Part shown: positions 57,592 to 64,000 of the stretch, one piece after another
How positions within the stretch are numbered: the first letter of the stretch is position 1
Layout of the letters: the number at the start of each line of letters is the position of its first letter
Notes under the pieces: model-generated
Told to the model about the DNA's origin: nothing
What the model saw: the letters and a program-made list of their open reading frames with translations, nothing else
The model's database searches: none
Program-made: the position numbers and the translations under genes
Source: Eledone cirrhosa
Lineage: Eukaryota
Direction of reading: 5' to 3'
Assembly (NCBI GenBank): GCA_964016885.1
Contig: OZ024742.1
Coordinates: 26,102,001-26,166,000 of the forward strand
DNA: 64,000 nucleotides

Positions 57592-60120
57592 TGGGGATTT
57601 TTTTCTTTATTTTTTGTGCCTCTCCTTTGTTCTGTCCTACGCCATCTTGTTTTTGTGTGTGTCACTCTATATCAATAAGCGAACAATATATGATGTTTAA
57701 GCCCAATGTTTGTATTAATAGAGGGTAATCGATGATTCCAAACATTAAATCTAATATTTGATATTCCCTGGTCAGTATTTAAATAATGTTATTATCTCTC
57801 GCAGTTCAAGTTGCCATATTGATATTCAAATAATATCATTAATTGAGATGTTCGTATTTCACAGGTCAATATCTCTAACTAAATATAGAAATATTAAGCC
57901 GGACATTGTCTAAAGAGGAAGGAAGGAAGATGTCACAATTCCTAGGGGAGTCATAGGGTCAGCTACCTGACAACGCATGGCTTCGCCATTTAAAAGCTTG
58001 CAGGACCTGTCCCAATCGTTGCCTGAACACATTCGATTACTTTTAGAGAGAGAGATAGGGAGGGTATGATTGAGAAACAGCAAGAGAGACAGCGAGAAAG
58101 AAAAGAGAGGGAGAGAGAGAAAGAGACAGAGAGAGAGATAGAGAGAGATAGAGAGAAATAGAGAGAGAGTTAAAACAGGAACTCACCCCAGTATTTGCAT
58201 TTATTACTCGACCATAAAAGTTGACCGTGGTCAGATTTGAACTCAGAGTGCAGTGAGCTGGAACAACTAGTGAGTCACTTAACTCGATACTTTAACAACT
58301 TTACCATGACACCAGTTAATTATCTAAATAACAACACAGTTAAACTGCTACTGTGTCATTCCTCGGGTTGATGTGCAATATAGGACTAATATATGTATTG
58401 CCTGTATTACTACATCAATAAGCCCATTAGGTTATTGGTCGTTGTTTGATGTATTCCCAGGACAATACGTCTGTACAGCAATCAACCTATTTGTGGTAGG
58501 ACTAGAACAATAATTTAATGTGAGCAATTAACCTGCTTGATGTAATTCAATGCAACGCTTTCGGCAAAGTACGTAATTGAGTTGGTTGTTATATCAGAGC
58601 AATAGCTCGTTTAAACAATTAACCTCGCTGGTTGTATTCCTTACGTCCAATGTAGAAATATCTCTGCTAAATTACACAGCACTATATACGCATTAAACAC
58701 ATTAGTTTGTTTCTACCTATTTTGAAAGGCAACCATTAATCTTCATATATATAAAATTAGAGATATTTAACCGAAACCTTATATTCTCAGGTAGACTCTA
58801 TCTGACTGTAGATTGTATAGTGAGAGCAATATTTTAAAACCTACTAGATACCAGACTAACATAAACTGAGTCATTAAATAATAATGGTTTCTGATTTAGG
58901 TACAAAGCCAACAATTTTGGGGATGGGGAAGTTCGATTAAATCAAACCGAGTTCGTTGCTGGTACTTAATTTCATCGATTCTGTAAAGATGAAATGCAAA
59001 GCTAACCTCGGCGGAATTTGAACGCAGAACGTAAAGAGCCGCAAAGTTTATTGTCTGACACTCTACCAATTCTATCAAATAATTGTTTTTACTTTTGTCA
59101 CAATGCCAGCAATTATTCCAGTGTATTACTGGTACTTTATGTTATCGACCCCGTAAGGATGAAAGGCAAAGTTAACCCCAGCGGGATTTGAAATCAGACC
59201 ATAAAGGCCCGTAACTCTTTGCTGCAAAGAATGGCGTCCGATCCTCTACCGATACTGCCAATCGACCACAAGGCCAAACATGTTGGGGAGGTGAAAGTCG
59301 ATTAAGTCGAACCCGATGCCTTATTGGTACTTTATTTTATCGATCCTGTTATGATGAAATGCGAAGTTAAGATTGATAGGATTTGAATTTAGTATTATCA
59401 AGGTACGTATCTATATATTGCAAATCATATTGGCCGACACTCTACAGATACTGCCACATAATAAATATAATTATATTAACAATATATCTAAATTTAAGTT
59501 CAAGTATTACAGTAAATAACCCTCACAATTAAACATGTTGTTGCTAGTTGGTATTGGTATCTCGTAAAAAAAGTTATTTGGACTTCTAATTATATGTGAT
59601 TTAACACCATACGACTTCCGTGTATATAGATTCGATATATAAAGCGAAATGTTTTATTGGAAAATCAGTACAAGTTCGAATCTTATTGAAGGTACTGTGT
59701 TGAGGGTTTTAACCTTTTTATTATTGCTGTTTTAATGGCAGTGGATTAACAGTATCCTTAGTGCGTCGGACAACATGCCTTGCAACGTGTATTCAAATTC
59801 TGCTGATAACTTTCACTTCCATCCTTACGTGTCGATAAAATAAAGTACAACAAAGCACTGGGGTCTATAAAATAAATTACCATAAAGTACTGGGCTCGAT
59901 TTAATCGCCTTCCCCTTCACAGAAATGTTGGCCTTGTACCTAAATAAAAACACACACACTATTTTCATTATCGGTAACGCGTCGGAGAGTCAATATAATC
60001 GACTTTACCTCCTTGCACCTAAATCAGAAACCATTAAATTAAATAGACCACCATATAATATGCATATATATCTCTATATATCTCTCTCTATATATATATG
60101 TATATATATATATGTATATA

Positions 60121-60185
<65 letters not shown>

Positions 60186-60689
60186 ATGAGAAGAAAGAAG
60201 AATACTGCGTGGTTGCACATGGGTTATATATGATAAAAATAGTCCTTCGTCAGAGATTTTCCAACCATCATTGGTATTTCATCGCATTAAAAATCATATA
60301 CCTCAGGTTGGTGCGAGCAATAACTAAAAAAAGTTATTGGGACCAGTAAATCGCGTAAAGCGAAGGGGACAAGTGAACAACATAGAAGGATAAAAGCAAA
60401 CCAAAGAAAGAAAAAAAACAAGCAAAATGGTGTCCTGGTCAGCATAAACTGGGTGGATTGCATGAGCGAAAGGTACAGACGTCCGACCTGAGTGAGATGT
60501 AAGCAAGAAGAAACCCACTGTAAGCCAAACGGGAGGAAGTGAGAAGGGGAGAAACAGAGAGTGAGTGAGTGGAAGTGCGAGGAAGCGGTCAGTCGGGAGA
60601 AAGTGTAACTGACAGAGAGGGCGAAAGAAGGTGAGAGAAACAGGGAGAACGGGGAAGCAGTAAGAGAGAAACAGACAAACGCAGTATAT

Positions 60690-60842
<153 letters not shown>

Positions 60843-60845
60843 CAT

Positions 60846-60918
<73 letters not shown>

Positions 60919-61166
60919 CATATATATGTATATATATATTAATAAGTCGTTGCGGAACAGTCTCCAACACTGTCTAGTTGTTACCAGGCATTTTTGCCCA
61001 ATATAGGTCTGTTATTATTCTTAATTTTTTTAAATTTAATATTTAAAGTTAAGGATAACAAACTATATTGCTGTAGTTAGTATTTTTTCACTCTAGAACA
61101 TTTTAGTCCTTACGATTCGAACACATGTATGTTTATATTAGCGTTCATCTCACTTGTTTATTCAAT

Positions 61167-61255
<89 letters not shown>

Positions 61256-61259
<4 letters not shown>

Positions 61260-62136
61260 GAAAGGTATAGAAAACATTGTAGCAAAAAGCAAACAGTATT
61301 CCATAATATATAAGTGACTATATCGTCAAAATGGGAAAAATAGTTAACGTAAGATGTGGGAAAAATAAATCAAACTCATCTCAAAGAGAATCAGGATATA
61401 GATTCATCCACAGAATTTAGTGAAATCCAGGGAAAAATCAATAGAGACTTAACTCATATAAAATAAAGTTTAAAATACTCATCCTTCAAATTGGAAAAAC
61501 TTCAAATGCTCTGTATAGTCTTAAAGACTATTTCACGAAAACTTTCAGTGGAGATGGTCACGGTTGGAATTCGATCCTCAGCAGAGCTCAACTCGATAAC
61601 CAAAATTCTCACAGATTAATATGCCAGAAAGGGAATTTAAAACAGGCTAGTTCACCATCATGCGTGATTATGAAAAATAAAACGCACATGTGGAAGGACA
61701 GGGCTGGTGACGTCAGAATGAGACGAATGTTTGTTTACAAGAGACAACAGTCAAAAATAAATTCCGAAAAAAACTCTAGAATAAGGAGTTCAGCAAAAAG
61801 CAATATTATCCTTGTTTTTTATTAAAAAAATACCGGGTTTAGTCACAAATAATTTAAGCACTCTAGGAAAGAAATCCGAGTATAAATATATAAATGAAAG
61901 GTATAGAAACCTTGTAGCAAAAAGCAAACAGTATTCCATAATATATAAGTGGCTATAGCGTCAAAATGGGTAAAATAGTTAACGTCAGATGTGGGAAAAA
62001 TAAATCAAACTCATCTCAAAGAGAATCAGGATATAGATTCATCTACAGAATTTATTGAAATCCAGGGAAAAATCAATGATAAAATTCTATCAATGATAAA
62101 ATAAAGTTTAAAATACTCATCCTTCAATACTCATCC

Positions 62137-62138
<2 letters not shown>
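61256..62138 (-). mobile_element. Partial-tandem non-coding unit (period ~636 bp) with HHR, flanked by (TA)n
   Basis: 61256-61489 matches 61892-62126. Confidence 0.8.
61508..61587 (-). ncRNA. Type I hammerhead ribozyme with full stems
   Basis: gctctg-CTGAGGA-t-cgaa..ttcg-t-GAA-atagtct/tta/agactat-A-cagagc: perfect 6-bp stem I, 7-bp stem III, AUA triplet. Confidence 0.85.
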
Positions 62139-62180
<42 letters not shown>

Positions 62181-62185
<5 letters not shown>

Positions 62186-62506
62186 AGAAATAAAGAGAAT
62201 CAGTGTTGCGACGAATGGAACTTATTGCACATATTACAATCGTTTCTCTGGCGACCTGCTCGAGGCACGATCGATGTGACGATCGAACCACACTCTGAAA
62301 ATAGCAGGACAGCGAAGTATATCGATGTAAAAGGACATAGGAAAATCTTCTTCGTAGAATCAAGACGTATCTGAGGACTTGCGATTTTCAGAGTCATGTT
62401 CGATCATCACATCGATCGTCCGTCGAGTTGGTCGCCAGAGAAACGATTGTAATATATCCAATAAATTCCATTCGTTGCAACACTGATTCGCTTTTTTTCT
62501 GTGACA
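62181..62506. repeat. Inverted repeat (62181-62287 / 62399-62506); distantly related to 6905-7090
   Basis: 'tcacagaaa..gaatcagtgttgc..acaatcgtttctctggcgacc' mirrored; 'gacgtatctgagga.cttgcga' shared with the reverse complement of ~6997-7017. Confidence 0.75.
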
Positions 62507-62604
62507 TCATGCTCTGCTCTGAGAGCATCGAGTGCTCATACGGGCTACTGCATACGGACGCTTTAAGCATCCAACACCAATTATATATATATATATATAT
62601 ATAC

Positions 62605-62688
<84 letters not shown>

Positions 62689-63621
62689 TCGTATATATGT
62701 TTTTGTGTGTGTGGGATGTGTACGCATGGGAACATATACAAAAATATATAAATTTGCCCTGTTGCTCGCTTTAACTGCCCTGCTCAAGAACATAACACGC
62801 ATTCTAGGGATAGACCCAATGAGACAAACATTCAAATATCATAGCCAAAAGCAAGCCTTCATTTTTATATAGATTTCTGCTTCTTTATGAGTATTAATAG
62901 TTACTAATTTCGGTATAATTGTTAAGGGGGAATGGTTAGTTAATTATATCGATCACAGTACTTGATTGGTATTTTATTTTCTCGATCTCGAACGGATGAA
63001 AGCAAATTGATCATAGCGAGGGTGGAACTCTGAACATGCAGTACCGAACCGAAATGCACCAACATATTTTATACGACACACTACCGATTCTGCCAATATC
63101 CCACTCGTTGCAGGTTACTAATAATGTCCAGAAGATTTTCCAGAACAGTATTAGTATATGTAGAGGTTCAATCAGTTCTTTATATTCAGAACGTATTTTT
63201 CTAAATACAAAAATATACCACCACGATCGTACAGGAAATACGGCTATTAATAATCAGAATGTTTGATAAACTCTTGTGACTCATACTTTGTCCATTCAGA
63301 TAATACATACAAAAGAGGCGAAGAATAATCTTTGTGAATAAGTAAGTAGACTATTGAAGTCAATGATGATTACCCTTGATGCCTCGTTTCAGTTCAGTTG
63401 TCCGAGAGAAGATGGTCGAAACTACTCATGGGTTTAATCATGATTTTCTCTGATCTTTCACTTGGAAATCCTAGCAACCTTTAACAGTGCTTCCTTCTAT
63501 AATATATAATGCAATTTTTATTCTGAAAATTATTATGATGCATACATTCTAAACACACAGAGATAGCTACAGACAGACACATAATCGCATCTGCACACAC
63601 CCAAAATAATTAAACATACAA

Positions 63622-63652
<31 letters not shown>

Positions 63653-63653
63653 G

Positions 63654-63749
<96 letters not shown>

Positions 63750-63867
63750 TCTCGCTCTCACTTTCTCCGTCTCTGTGATTGTGAAGAGTAAAAGAGACAG
63801 GGAGAGGGTTTTGACAGAGAAAAGCAAATTGACAGGCAGGGATTCTCACACACACACGCACACATAA

Positions 63868-63898
<31 letters not shown>

Positions 63899-64000
63899 AC
63901 GAAGGAATTATGGTAAGGAACCAGATGGACCATAACGCACCAGAGTACTCAATACTTAGGGTAGTAGATTGGGTAATAGGAAAAAGAATGACACCGTCGA

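Overview
AT-rich, microsatellite-dense eukaryotic DNA, most likely octopus/cephalopod (inferred from OK-type tRNA-SINEs and (TA)n/(CA)n density). I can support no intact host gene, and most ORF-track entries are translations of simple repeats. Real coding remnants are Penelope-like retroelements (PLEs): a near full-length Neptune-type copy (607-5275) with a truncated inverted sister (30659-32673), and two Naiad-type copies (24426-27220; 7627-9228). There are also an L1/Tx1-like fragment, an RTE-like 3' end, a Helitron-like element and a hAT MITE. A ~6.5 kb Pro/Thr-rich coding-like minisatellite (16270-22799, - strand) looks like a disrupted exon. Main observations: (1) about 20 type I hammerhead ribozyme (HHR) motifs, folded by eye, from many unrelated repeat families, with recurrent core variants (U3-A8, U10.1-U11.1, A4, C13). 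Most sit in (TA)n-flanked inverted or partial-tandem non-coding units resembling PLE pseudo-LTRs or retrozymes. (2) An in-phase T-TTT-TTA slippery site joins an upstream ORF1-like region to the Neptune pol frame. (3) An unexplained structured ~150 bp element recurs at least 7 times next to (TA)n. All folds and alignments are manual; coordinates may be off by a few bases.
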